Assembly: GCF_006345805.1 (NCBI RefSeq)
Contig: NC_042997.1
Span: 54,064,001-54,128,000, forward strand
Length of the DNA stretch: 64,000 bases
Direction: 5' to 3'
Source of the DNA: Octopus sinensis
Taxonomy: Eukaryota
A program made the position numbers and the translations under genes. This document shows, piece after piece, positions 23,721 to 36,800 of the stretch (its first letter is position 1; the number at the start of each line of letters is the position of its first letter). A model generated the notes under the pieces. It made no database searches. It saw nothing but the letters and a program-made list of their open reading frames with translations, and had not been told where the DNA came from.

Positions 23721-26700
23721 AAATGGACTTTATCTCACTAGCTATTCACAAACAAGACAAATAAACCTTGAAAATGATTGTTAATCTTTAATGATCACAC
23801 ATGGTAACCCCGCATGTATGACATTACCTAAATCACATAACAAAAATTAGAAAATCTTATAAGAATTAGAAAATCTTGATCAGTTGCTGACCTACAAAGC
23901 TCAACTAAGATTATTCACATAGATGAAACTGTTGCTGTACAACATATATGGATACTGGAATTAAAATGAAGGCTATTTGACTAGCTAGCAATCATTCACT
24001 TACAACATGCTACAACCACAAGATGTCAGACACATTTCCCTTCTGCTTTTTCTAAAGAGTGAAAGCAAGTAAAATACAGTTTAATTTTTTATATCTTTAG
24101 CTGTTCTGTCATTTTTATTGGGTTTTCTCCTGGCATGCAAATAAAGATTTCAGTAGCTTTTACAATTAAAATAAGCTAACTGTAAGTTTATTTTTCTCAG
24201 CTCATAAAATGAACATTTACGGTTATTATGGAATCAAATTAAAACCAAAGTTTTCATAATTAACTCTAAAGTTGTATAATAATAAATCTGAAATTAATAG
24301 TTTACATTTTAAACATAAACTGAAATATCTCTTTCAAATTATACTACCTTTCCATTGATTTTAAAAATCAATCATACTAAGAATTTATCTAATTCCACTT
24401 GATCATATATTTGAATTAAAGAAACTATTTCCTACGAAGTTGCTTTTCTATGTAGATTATTGAAACACAAGAATAACTGAATAAATTAATGGCAGTAAAT
24501 CACATAACATTATTTCTTCAATGGTCAACTGTATGCAGGACATTCAGAAGTAAGAAATGAAAATATGTTGCACTCGTTTGAGATTCACATTAACTAAAAA
24601 TAACTGAAAATATCTAATTTACTGGCAACTTTTGTTTACAGAGAAAAATTGAATTAATCACTGCAGCAGTGTTTTGTCTGATATACAGCTTCAGAATATT
24701 AAATGGCATTTAAATGGTTTCATACTCTATTTGACAATAATAATGAATGCTATGTGGGTGATTAAATCAGTCTTTTATCTTTTACTCTTCAACTATGTCA
24801 TTTACTGAATCATTGAGTATAGTCTTGAGAAAATTGTGGATGTCACTGTGAGATGAGATTTCATCTGACCTTTACTATGTTGACAACCTCAACAATTGAC
24901 AACTACATGAGTATCCAATCACTCACTGAACACCTGTGTGCATAACTCTCATGTTTGTGTGAAAATCAATGCAGCCAAGACAAAGACTGAATCCACTAGC
25001 ATATTGCCCTCTAAAACTGGCATCCATCATATCCAATGGCAAGATTTTGGTAAAGATTGATAAGTTCTTTAATGCTACTTTTAATGCCACAGGCTTCAGT
25101 AAAGATGAGACACATTTTTGCATCTGTATTGTCATGTGTCTTTGGTTTAGGTTGGAGATCCATGTAACTATAAAATCTATGAAACACTTGATTGGACATC
25201 CTGCAGTGTAGCTGCAAGATATGATTAATGAGCAAACCTATGCACGTTCTAGATATATGACCATTCAGTCTACACTAAGTTCATGCTTTAGATTGTGTGT
25301 TAAATTCTGAAGTTTGCTGTTGTAGGATTGAAAATTCTTGCTCAATACTCAGCTGCATCAGATAGCCAATGTAGCTCGCTTCTACCTACATCAAGGGAAG
25401 AACTTTCCAACACTTTTAGTGCCACTGAAAACTTTTGCACAGACTCAAAGCAGCAGCAAATGTAACCTCTTGAAGAAAGCTGCAGCTCTGAATAAAAACT
25501 GACAAACTGATACAATATAGAAGAAACACTTAGTACTAAAGAATCTACAATTTCTATAGTGCCAGTAGAATGATAAAATGCACCCAATCTCTGCTGTAAA
25601 TTGATGATGGAAGAGCAGCTGTCTGTAAAAATTACACCAAACAAAAAGAAACAAACAGAGATATGTACTCCACATGCCACAATATAGGCAACCCGTATAA
25701 GAAGAGCAGTACTCAGAACAAAAACTAATACAGAATAGAGAGGTCTCTTTGATCTGGCTGAAAGCCTCTTTTGTGCTGGTAGCACAACAAAATACATGTG
25801 GGTTTATGCTGTAAAGTGGTTAAGGGCATCCACAGAAAAAAACCTGCCAAAACATGGTGTACACAACACACAAAAATTGGTAATAAAGGAAGGACAACCA
25901 ACAGGAGATGAGACACCGAGACCCATTCAACCATGCCAGCATGGAAAAAGTAGGCATAGAAAATGCATTTATCTATATACAGGTCACCATACATCTACTT
26001 TTTTCATGTATATAGATTCTCAAGAATAAAACATCTATTTGCATTGGATGTGTGTATATTCTTTGAGTATTTTTTACTGGATTCATGCTGGAACACTGCT
26101 CTGAAGGGTTAGTCAATCATAGTGATTCATTTCTAAAGGACTTCTCTGGCCCTACCATTAATTAGATTTACAATCCATTAATCTTCTTAGCCCACTATTC
26201 TTGTGAGGGTCAAGGAAACAGAGTCCTCAGGCACCTCCTCCCTAGAGTCTTATCAGAAGCAAGTGTCATTAAATTTTCTGATTGGGTCTCCATAAAATAC
26301 ATATTTTGTACTATCTCAAGTTATAGTCAACACAATTACTTAATTATGCTACTCCAGTTTTCTAAGTTAATGAATTCAATAAAAGCCTTCAAAAAATGTT
26401 GAAGATTATAAACAAAGATAACTGAAAACCAGTCTTTATAAGTTTGATGTAAACGTAATTAATAATACATGTTACAAGTCCTTTGAAGTTATAGGTATGC
26501 ATTTATGCCCTTGCTGGTTAACAAGATGTATGCACAGGATCTACTTGGCCTATATCATTCAGAAATATGGTTTTAGAGATCCTCATCATTATCCTGAGTG
26601 TCATATTTGACATATACAGCCGGCATAATTTTCAGTTATTTCCACAAAAACAAAGGTCTGTGCAAGCTAAGTTGTGTCTCCTACATTAATAACTCTGGGC

Positions 26701-28799
26701 TGTATAAATTTTTATACTGACATACAACCAACTCCACAGTGTCATGTGATGGAGTTGGAACTGTCATAGTTGTAAAACGTATCTCACAATAATTATTCTG
26801 GTTGTAGTCATTTTTAAAAAATAATAGATTGAATAAATCATAGTGACTTATATCACATACTACTCTTCTAGTCCACACACACAGTGCATTCAAAGGTGAC
26901 TTGCTGCACTTTGCAATGGGGGTGCTGTCTTAGGTCAAGGACACTTATATGGTGCCCTATGGGCAGTATGTTAAGTTGACTAATTCATCCTTCACTTTCT
27001 GAGTTAATTGCTTCTTCTGTCAGTTTCATCAATGCTCAGATGATGCCTGTCAATATTTATGTACTCTTGAAACCATTTGATTTTGTCTACTCAAGAGAAT
27101 CTTACAATATTGTCTACTCCAATGAATGCCTGGAATATTGGTAATGCAGTTACCTTGTCTTGTTCCAGCACACACTAGATTGGCTCAATCAACAAAGTAC
27201 CTGATACAATACACAAGACTAAATTAAAAGAGCTTGTAACGAACAGCCAGAATCAAAGCTGAAGAAGAGATGTTCTATGCATCAGGATAGCAATATGATT
27301 CAGCTATTGCTAAACAGATTATCCATGTATCAACTATCCTAAGAGGGTTATTTTCAAACTGCATGTCATGCTTCTTGCACATTCTAATGCTGATGCAATG
27401 ACTAACTTTTGGAAAGTTGTGGTATTTTTAAGTCCAACTAGTGCAAAGCAGTTCTGTCTTCTCATTAGATAAGAAGCATCCCACCAATACACATTCTGTC
27501 CAGATAAGTTGATTACATGCAGGTGTTTTCACAAATATTTACAAGATTGCTGGGCTTCAATTTCCTGTAACAGAGCTGAATTTGTGTTCAATCCCATCAG
27601 AAAAAGCATTCCAAGAAATGTAATATAATGAAGGTGGTGTTGCCCTATTAATGTCCATACTCTGTTTTGAAATTTTTTTGTGAGGATGACCACAAAGTTG
27701 AAACTACTCAACAAGCTTTGTTGCTTAATACAAGGCTTTTGTAGAATCCACATCACAAATAAAAGCACTGATGCAACTTCATATCTTCACTACTGCTCAG
27801 AATCAATAAATGTTCATATCATTTAGATCACTCGTGTGTACAGATGACACTGAAATTTCACTCATTATTTTCTCCAAGTCAAAACTCTCCATTCTTAATT
27901 AAATCATTAGTAAATAACATCACTGATTTCTAAGTCTTTGCTTAAGATATTTATTACCATGACACTCAAAATTTGAAGGAATAAAAAGTCTGAATTCACT
28001 CAAACAATAAATGTATACAATACAAACAGAGAAGTCCTCTGATAGGATGTTCTTGCTAAAATGAAGCTAAATTTCATTTCTTGCACAGAAAAGTCCTTCA
28101 TTCCTGTTTTACAAACCCAAACAATGGTTGTAATTACTTGCAATAAAGAACTAGGTTAATGTTTGTGTTGCCAGCAATCTTCTACTGAATGAATATTTGC
28201 CTTGCCATTATTTCACCCTTGTTTTCCATCTTGTACATATCAAAGACCAGAATAGCCTCATCAAAAACTACTATCAAACTGAACAGCCTGTCATTGAATT
28301 GTTGGTCTTGATCTCTAGCTGTGGTGGTTGTCTCAGATTTCTTTTACCATCAGTTGCTACAAAGAATATTCCATCCACAATGGCAAGTGTGTGGAAGATG
28401 TTTCTGCTTCACAAACATGTTACTCAAATATTGGCGCCTTGTGCATTTTGAAAATTTCAATGGCATTTTTTTAGGGGTTGGGAGTACCAACTTTTCACAG
28501 GAACTTTGAGTGTCAGTACATAGATGTTTTGCTTTTCTTCTTGTTTCCTGACATAAACATGGCATTCTGCTTCTTGACACCTGTAGAAAGTGATTCTTTC
28601 AGTAAAATACAAACTAAAAAGTTTTCTGGCCACTTTTGTCCACATTCAGAATTTCTACAAACATTTATCATGAAGGAGTGAAGTTAATCCCTTTTTGTGT
28701 CAAAGGGGGATTCCCATAATTCAGTATAGTAGCACTGACCTTGTTGTCAATGTTATACTCTTAGTTGTATCTCAAGGTGTTTTTGTGCGGCATGAGTAA

Positions 28800-29178
28800 G
28801 GACATTAAACCTGGCCAAAGGCCCCCATCTGACCCTTGGAGTCATATATGCCCCCCCACCCGAAAATATTTTTATTTTTCAATATACTACTTATTTTGAT
28901 ATCAGCAAATAATGATGAAAAAATAAAGGATGTCGTTTTACATATGCAGTTGGGAGTACAGATGTACAAACTGAAATGCAAAAGAAGCAAAATAATGAAT
29001 TGAAGTTTGGTAATTACATTTATTTCCACCATGCAACACATATGAGATCAACATATTGTCTATCAAGAGTGCTCTTTGGTACAAGAGAGCCCCTTTGCTC
29101 CAAAACGCCCCCCTTGAGCTCCAAATGCCCACCCTGGGGGGGGGGTCATATAGCCCCCGTTGAGAACCTTTGCCCTAG
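28800..29178. mobile_element. Possible decayed hAT-type MITE
   Basis: GC-rich ggggtcatat...cccc blocks and the terminal-like gttgagaacc at about 29160; the left end was not resolved. Confidence 0.3.
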
Positions 29179-29549
29179 TGTATCCAGTAAGAATTGTTGC
29201 CACGTGTTAACATTATTGGAAGTATCAACTAACCAAGAGTCATCCTCTTTAGTTGTTTGCATGTATGGTCAGTGCCAATGGAGACAAACGGTATCTCATT
29301 CTTCATGACATCTTCCTGTCAGGCCTGAATTTTGGATGACTTCTCTTCAGCTCCTAAAATATAACAAGTGGAGTCCTTGTTTCTGGAAACATAACTAGGC
29401 AGAGTGAATGAAGAGTTTATTGGTCAGAAGATATTATCCTTTTTATATCACTTAGGAGCACATATGTTCCTGATAGCACTGACCACATAATAGATAAAAA
29501 GGCCTAAAAGTGTAAAAAAAATGTTAGGATTAGAAATCTAATAATGCTT

Positions 29550-30060
29550 CCAGTGATTTTCTTGATCCAGAAAGCACAGGATTAGCCTATTTAATTATGT
29601 TGCTAGGGTAACTAAAGCTGAGATTGTGCAAACAATGTTTTTTTTTTTTTTTTTTGGTAGACATATTGAAAATCCAAAATAACAGTGTTGGTAAAAGGTT
29701 TTGCTGAACTTGACATCAACATAGCATTCAACAGTGTCTGGCACACAAAACTTGCCTTCTAATGGCTCCAACCCGTCTCTTAGATCAGTAGCTTCCTATC
29801 AGATCATACCACTGTGGCATGGGCAGATGAAACTTACTGACACATTATCAACACTGGTGTGCCAAAAGGCTGTATTTTGCCCTCATAATCTTCTTCCTAA
29901 AGGTTTACGACTTACTAGCAGTCACCTTTAACAATATCCAGGTGATAACACATTTCATTCCTCCCTAATCTTTCACACACATGCAACATCTATATGTAGC
30001 CTACACACATGACCCCCCAAAGCTGCACTGACTCATGAAGAGGGACCCAAAAAATAACTT
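29550..30060 (+). mobile_element. Ancient CR1/L2-like LINE RT relic
   Basis: LDINIAFNSVWHTKL (about 29710-29755) and INTGVPKGCIL (about 29850-29880). Confidence 0.6.
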
Positions 30061-30112
30061 CCTATGGAGTCATGCCAATTTTGTGTCCAACATAAAGATG
30101 CAATCACTATAA

Positions 30113-30430
30113 AAGGGTAAAGACCTCCTTCAGTCATTAATGACCATGGGATTGCATCTAGAAAGTTCTCTGAGGTACAAATTTGGGCAAGGTTGTTTAT
30201 GGAAGACCAGCAGTTGCCCATGCATACCAGCCTCTCCTCACCATACTGATGTTGTCCAAGTGAAAGACAAAGGCCGATAGAGCTTGGCAACTATTTTTAC
30301 AGCTGAGTGGACTGGAGCAATGTGAAATAAAGTCTCTTACTCAAAAACACAACACAGTCTGACCCATGAATTGAACTCACTAACTCGTGATTGTGAGCCC
30401 AATGCTCTAACCACGGAGCCATGCGCCTTC
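30113..30430 (-). mobile_element. SINE family E, long-tail variant
   Basis: tRNA-like head at 30430; reverse-complement homology to 47960-48290. Confidence 0.75.
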
Positions 30431-30439
30431 ATGCTATAC

Positions 30440-30830
30440 AAATCAAGACAACAATATCATAAAGGATGTTTATTTGTCTGGTGAGATCCTCAGTTATAGT
30501 GAGGTCTAGCATTTGTAGCATCTTTGCAGGTTCCAGTTGTTTATGTTTAGGAGCCATCAGAGAACTCACAGGAATCGACCCATTATAAATTGTGATATGG
30601 TTATTGTTCACAAGAGAACATGTACGTGCAACATGTGGAAGGTGTGCCTCTCAGTTGGAGGATTGAAAAGGTATGTCAAAAGAGTATATACTGTAGCATC
30701 TGTTCCTTGTGCCAGCCAGCACAGCTGTGCATTATGCAATAGAATGTGCAAATCTTTGGCCAGGCTCAAGAGTCATCCAAGGGCCTAACATTGCATCGAC
30801 AATGACTCATTTAAGTGATTCTTTCTACCA
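30440..30830 (+). mobile_element. LINE C-terminal zinc-finger relic (RTE-like)
   Basis: CALCNRMCKSLARLKSH C2H2-like end preceded by CNMWKVCLSVGGLKRY. Confidence 0.45.
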
Positions 30831-31482
30831 ACTATGGCTTCGTTCATATATGCGAAAGCAGCTAATATATATATATCATCATCATCATCATCATCATTTA
30901 ACATCCGTTTTCCATGCTGGCATGGGATGAACAGTTTGACTGATGTCTGGAGAGCCAGTGGCTGCACCAGGCTCCAATCTGATCCGGCAATGTTTCTATA
31001 GCCAGATGCCCTTTCTAACACTAACAATTTCACAGAGGGTACTGTGTGTTTTTTTATGACACCAAAGCCAATGGGATCACCAAATAGCTTGCCAGAAATA
31101 GAGGGATAGAAATAGGCAACTTGCTATAGAGAAGGTATTTGGCTGCCCCAGTTGGAAAAGAAAGGTGAGAAAAGAGAGACAGAAAGATGGACAGAGTGAG
31201 AGAGAAAGACAATGGTAGAGATATGGCAGTACATATCCTCAAGGTACAGTAGGAGTATATATGTTGATACAGAGGATTGAACAGGGTGAATTGGCAAGAG
31301 GGATAGAGAGGGATGTTTCATAAAAGTATCAGGGTATATGGTCAGAGATAAGAGGTGACTGTAGCAATTGATGGTTTAAGATATAGGAGAGGTTCAGGGG
31401 GTTATGGTAGATATATGAGGACGCTAAGAGTAATTGTATGCAGATAAGCAAATGAAAGACAGTGGAGGTGCATGCTGCAGAT

Positions 31483-31519
<37 letters not shown>

Positions 31520-31521
<2 letters not shown>

Positions 31522-33290
31522 TCATCGTTTAATGTCTGCTTTCCATGCTAGCATGGGTTGGACGATTTTACCAAGGTCTGGCAAACCAGATGGCTGCACC
31601 AGACCCCAATCTGATCTGGCAGAGTTTTTACAGCTGGATGCCCTTCCTAACACCAGCCACTCCAAGAGTGTAGTGGGTGCTTTTACATGCCACTGGCACA
31701 AGGGTAAGTCAGGCAGTACTGGCAGTGGCCACGCTCAAATGGTGCTTTTTATGTGCCACCTGCACAGGAGCCAGTCCAGCAGCCCTGGCAATGACCTCGC
31801 TCGAATGTTTTTTCACGTGCCACTAGTACAAGTGCCAGTAAGGCAACGCAGGTAACGATCACGCTCGAATGGAATTTTTTACGTGCCACTGGCATGGAGG
31901 CCAGCTTGTTGCTCTAGCAACGATCACACTCGTATGGTACTCTTAACGCTCCACTAGCACGGATGCCAGTCATCAAATTCAATTTCGATTTCACTTGCCT
32001 CAACAGGTCTTCGCAAGCAGAGTTTAGTGTCCAATGAAGGAAAGGTACGCATAAGTGGGCTGGTTATACCCCTGGCATAGGCCACAAGGTTATGGTCTCA
32101 CTTGAGCTTGCCGAGTCTTCTCAAGCACAGCATATTTCCAAAGGTCCTGGTCACTAGTCATTGCCTTGGTGAGGCCCAATGTTCGAAGGTCATGCTTCAC
32201 CACCACATCCCAAGTCTTCCTGGGTCTACCTCTTCCACAGGTTCCCTCAACCACTAGGGTGTGGAACTTTTTCACACAGCTATCTTCATCCATTCTCGCC
32301 ACATGGCCATACCAGTGCAGTCGTCTCTCTTGCAAACCACATCTGATGCTTCTTAGGTCCAACTTTTCTCTCATGGTACTTACACTCTGTCGAGTATGCA
32401 CACTGACATTACACATCTAGCAGAGCATATTGGCTTCATTCCTTGCAAGCTTACGCATGTCCTCAGCAGTCACGGCCCATGTTTCACTGCCATGTAGCAT
32501 GGCTGTTCATACACATGCGTCATACAGTCTACCTATTACTCTGAGCGAGAGGCCCTTTGTTGCCAGCAGAGGTAAGAGCTCTCTGAACTTTGCCCAGGCT
32601 ATTCTTATTCTAGCAGCTACACTTTCAGTGCACCCTCCCCTGCTACTGACTTGGTCACCTAGGTAACAGAAGCTATCAACTACTTCTAGTTTTTCTCCTT
32701 GTAATGTGGCAGAAGTTGTTCTCTACACATTTTCAATGTTATTTGAAAACTATCTTCCCAGTTAGCCTGCCTTTGATATTGCTGCACCTCTTATGTGTCC
32801 ATAGCTTACACTGGGTACATCTTATAGAGTTTCTACTTACGCCTTTTCTACAGATTGAGCAGGACCATCTACTTGAAGGGATTTGTGATTTGCCTGCCTT
32901 CCTACTTATTAGGACTTTGGTTTTAGCTAGGTTGACTCTAAGGCCCTTCAATTCTAATCCTTGTTTCCACTCCTGAAACTTCTCCTCTAGTTCTGATAGT
33001 AACTCAGCAATTAGAGCAAGGTCATCAGCATAGGTGAGTCCCAGGGGCATCCTGTCTTGAATTCCTCCATTATTGTCTGGAGGACTATGATAAAAAGGAG
33101 GGGGCTGAGGATTGAACCTTGGTGGACCCTACCTCTACCCGGAATTCTTCACTGTACTTGTTGCCAACCCTCACCTTACTGACAGTGTCCTTGTACATGG
33201 CTTGCACAACTCTCACCATTCATCTATACCTAGTTTCCTCACTGACCACCAGATAAGGGATCGGGGGACCTTGTCAAAGGCTTTCTCCAC
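31520..33290 (-). mobile_element. 5'-truncated RTE-clade LINE (RT C-terminal half, PHD-like insert, 3' UTR, (GAT)n tail)
   Basis: VEKAFDKVP at about 33270, HQGS..SP, YADD at about 33025, CSIC...CTQC...HKRC, RRLHWYGHVARM...GRGRPRKTW; ~62-bp tandem repeats at 31680-31975; frameshifts. Confidence 0.92.
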
Positions 33291-33899
33291 ATATATATAT
33301 ATATATACATACTTCTATTATTTTACTTGTTTCAGTCATTTGACTGTGGCCATGCTGGAGCACGCCCTTGGTGCTATATATCCCTCACAGTAATTTATGC
33401 ACAACTCTACATACAAATTATTTTTTTTTACTGTTGAAATGCTTAATCACAATATTATAAGTTGTTAAAATTTCTGCTGGATATATTTGGGATATTGCTT
33501 AAGCTATACCAGAAATTGCCTTGAGTTTACCACTAACTGCAGTGCTTCAAAGGGTTCAGAGAGTAAGTGGTAAAAAACAAAAAACAATTTAATAAGGAAT
33601 GTCAAACACATTTCTTTACTCTATGTTGCTTCTTTGATGACTTCGTGATTTTCAAACAAATTTTACACAAGATCTTCCTTTCTGGCACTACAAACAAATT
33701 GATCAGAGATTTGTCACCACTTGCAGATCAAAAATAGATACTTGACCTATATTCGAAGCAAAACATTCTTGAACTCATTAAAATAGTCGAATAAAACACA
33801 AACGAGCATTTGATAGTCTACTTTTGTGTTCTAGTTTTCATTTTCTTCAGTTTAGCCAAAAGTCATATTTGTGGTCAGAAAACCACTCACCATTTAACT

Positions 33900-36800
33900 A
33901 CTTTTAAGCTAGTCACTAGATCAAGCTTTCAGCTTACCTAATAATTTCCGTAGTGAAAAAATATCCAATAAAAGCAGAATTTAATGCTTTTCATCAACCG
34001 TTTTTCCATGCTGGAAGCATGTACCGAACAGGTCTGCTGTTTAATATATTGACTATTTCTGACAAACGATCAACCAACCAGTCTAGACCCTACTTTCATA
34101 TGCCAAGGGCGTTGTTTCTGAGTATGTCAATTAATTTTACACGCCCCAGTTAACCGAGTTGCTGAAATATGCACCTTGTTTCGATATACATGAGTCCCAT
34201 TCAGATTTATCATTCTTCCATATCATTTTGCGAAACAGGAGCTTAGCACTTGCCCTGAAAGAACTATTCTGGGCCTAGGGAATATAGGAAAATATCATCA
34301 ATATGAAGCAAGGCTAAAATTTTACCATCTTGTTACCTTGAATAATCTCTGAACATTTCGATCAATTTAAAACAAAGGCTCGGTTTGTTGTCCTCGGCTA
34401 ATTTCCTAGCTACTACAAGAAGAAATGAAATATATGCCCTAAAATGATGCAAATCATTACATGAGATTATTATTCAGAAAACAAAAACGAAAACTTTTGG
34501 ATTTCAGCTTTTCAAATTACCCGGGAAAGTTAGAATATTGCATTTACAGCATTTATCGGTCGGTTACCAGGTTAGCCAGCAACACGTAAGTTGTAAAATG
34601 TTTACATATAATGTTAAAAGATCTCCGGTAACTGTAATAGTACCAATTCTCATCATTTTTTCAAAATAAGTAACATCTGAGAGATATCAACGATATTTAC
34701 TTAATTTGTAAAAGTAAGAGATGTGGGAACTGGAAATGAGGTTTGAATTCAAAAACAATGAATAATAAACCAATGTCGACATTCAATTAAGTCATATAGA
34801 AATTTTTCAATATTACTCAATGATCTAGATTTTCTTTATTCGTATATTGAAACCCAAACAAAAGAATAAAAAATCATCAATTACATAAAAATTAATGAGA
34901 AGGAAAGAGAAGCGGAAACAAAAGTTTAGTTTTATGAAAAGTTTTTGTTTTGCGTTTTCATGAACAAAAGTAGACGACAAGGATATTTCAACAGCAACAA
35001 GGGAATAAATAAGACAAAGGATAGCCGCAATATAATGTTCACAAAAAGATTTAGTTTTATGTTCCCCCAATAGTTGCATAGGAAAATGAAAATTAAATCT
35101 TTAGTAGATATGCGTAAACAATATAAAAAATACAATAAACTATAATATGTAAACAACGAAATCCGAAAGACAAAAGAAAACAAACGATTTCGCTCGATGA
35201 AATCGAATCATACCTAGAGATATATTTATGAAAAAATTTAAATGCAGGCATGAACTACAATAAACGGGGACAGAAGAGTTCGTTTGTTAACTGAATTAAT
35301 AGCACAGCATACGAGGATAACAATACCTATGTGAATAGTGAGAAGGGGTATACAGCAGCTCAGAAAGGAAAACGAAATGCAATTTCACCGTTAACTACAA
35401 ACAAAATATAAACACCAGCAGTAAGAGGATGAACACATAAGGAGTAAAAGAGAAATATAAAACAAGGGAGAAACGCTTTATAAATAATAATTCTTTAAAA
35501 TTTTACTGTACTAAAAGAAACGATATATGAAAAAAAATAATTGCAAGACAGAAAAAGGCAGAAGTTATGGAAAGGGAAGGAAAGAGAGAAGTAAAACAGA
35601 GAGGAAATAGAAAGAGAAGGGAAGAAAGAAATGGGAAAACAGGAAAAACAAGAGTGAAAGAGGTAGAGGGAGGGAGGGGGGAATAAGTAAAAAAATAAGG
35701 GAGGTAATAATTTGTAAACTGAAATTAATCTAATTACAAAAAAAATAAACTTTTTCATCATATAGTTATATATGCATACATATATATAAACATACGATAG
35801 TTAATTAGTGAAAAGAAATGGTAATGCTGTTAAAATAATACGATCTGAAATAATTTCATTTAAAAACTAATACCGGTTTATTTATCGGACCGACTCCGTA
35901 AAATTCAAGGGGGTAAAATATATAATCAAATATCGTTAGAACGATCGGGATATGTTAACAACAAATATAAACCATTGTACTGATCAGTTATGTTAGAACA
36001 TTTAATAAATATAGCTGTACACTTAAAAAGCACATCAATTAACTAAGCAACAATTTAACAGGAAGTGTTGAACAACGTCAATATTTAAATATCCAACATG
36101 GCTTCTGGAAATCAAAAGCCAGAGAATGCAACGGATAAAGTAGATAATATAATGTAACAAAGCAGGAAATTGTTCTCAGTTTGGAAATGTAAGATTATTT
36201 AGCAATAAAATGATAAATTGAACAAGCAATCTGAAATTTGAATAACTAACAGTACATTCAAATCCTTACAGAGAAAAATAGTTTGTACGAAACAAAGAAA
36301 AACCTACCACTTTTAGTGTTAAATCGTTTAGGTTCTTTCTTTCGGCTAAGGTATTCCAGATATTCATTTTAGTCTACAATTACAAAATTTTGATCATTGC
36401 GTGATGAAATATAATTAAATCGTTATTCTTAATTCAAAGTCGTTTCCAGAGGAAACAAATAGGAATCTGCTACTTCATCTGTGAACAGTACTGCGCATAT
36501 GCATTAATAACTTCCGGTAAACTCAGGCTGGGCTCTTCTCATTACCTTTAACAAGCTGCTTAGTAGGCAAAATAACCTAAGATTTTCTTATTTACGAATT
36601 ACTTTCGCTACTAATATTCATAAATATATTTTGAACCATGGAAATGAAAATAATTAATAAACTGTACAACGGAATTTAGACATGTACTTACAACGTTATA
36701 CAAAAATAATCATTTACAGTAGGAGTATGAGAAGAAGCGGGATCAGTTATGAAAAAATCCTTCAATAGCGTGATTATACAGCGAGTGCTGTATCGGTTAA

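Noticed and set aside
25342-25797. 151-aa hydrophobic ORF
   Set aside because: No recognisable motif; it is the antisense reading of A-rich intron DNA and overlaps an RTE-tail fragment edge.
28197-28680. Cys/His-rich minus-strand ORF fragments as a transposase C-terminus
   Set aside because: No catalytic motif, TIR or TSD was found; too degenerate to call.
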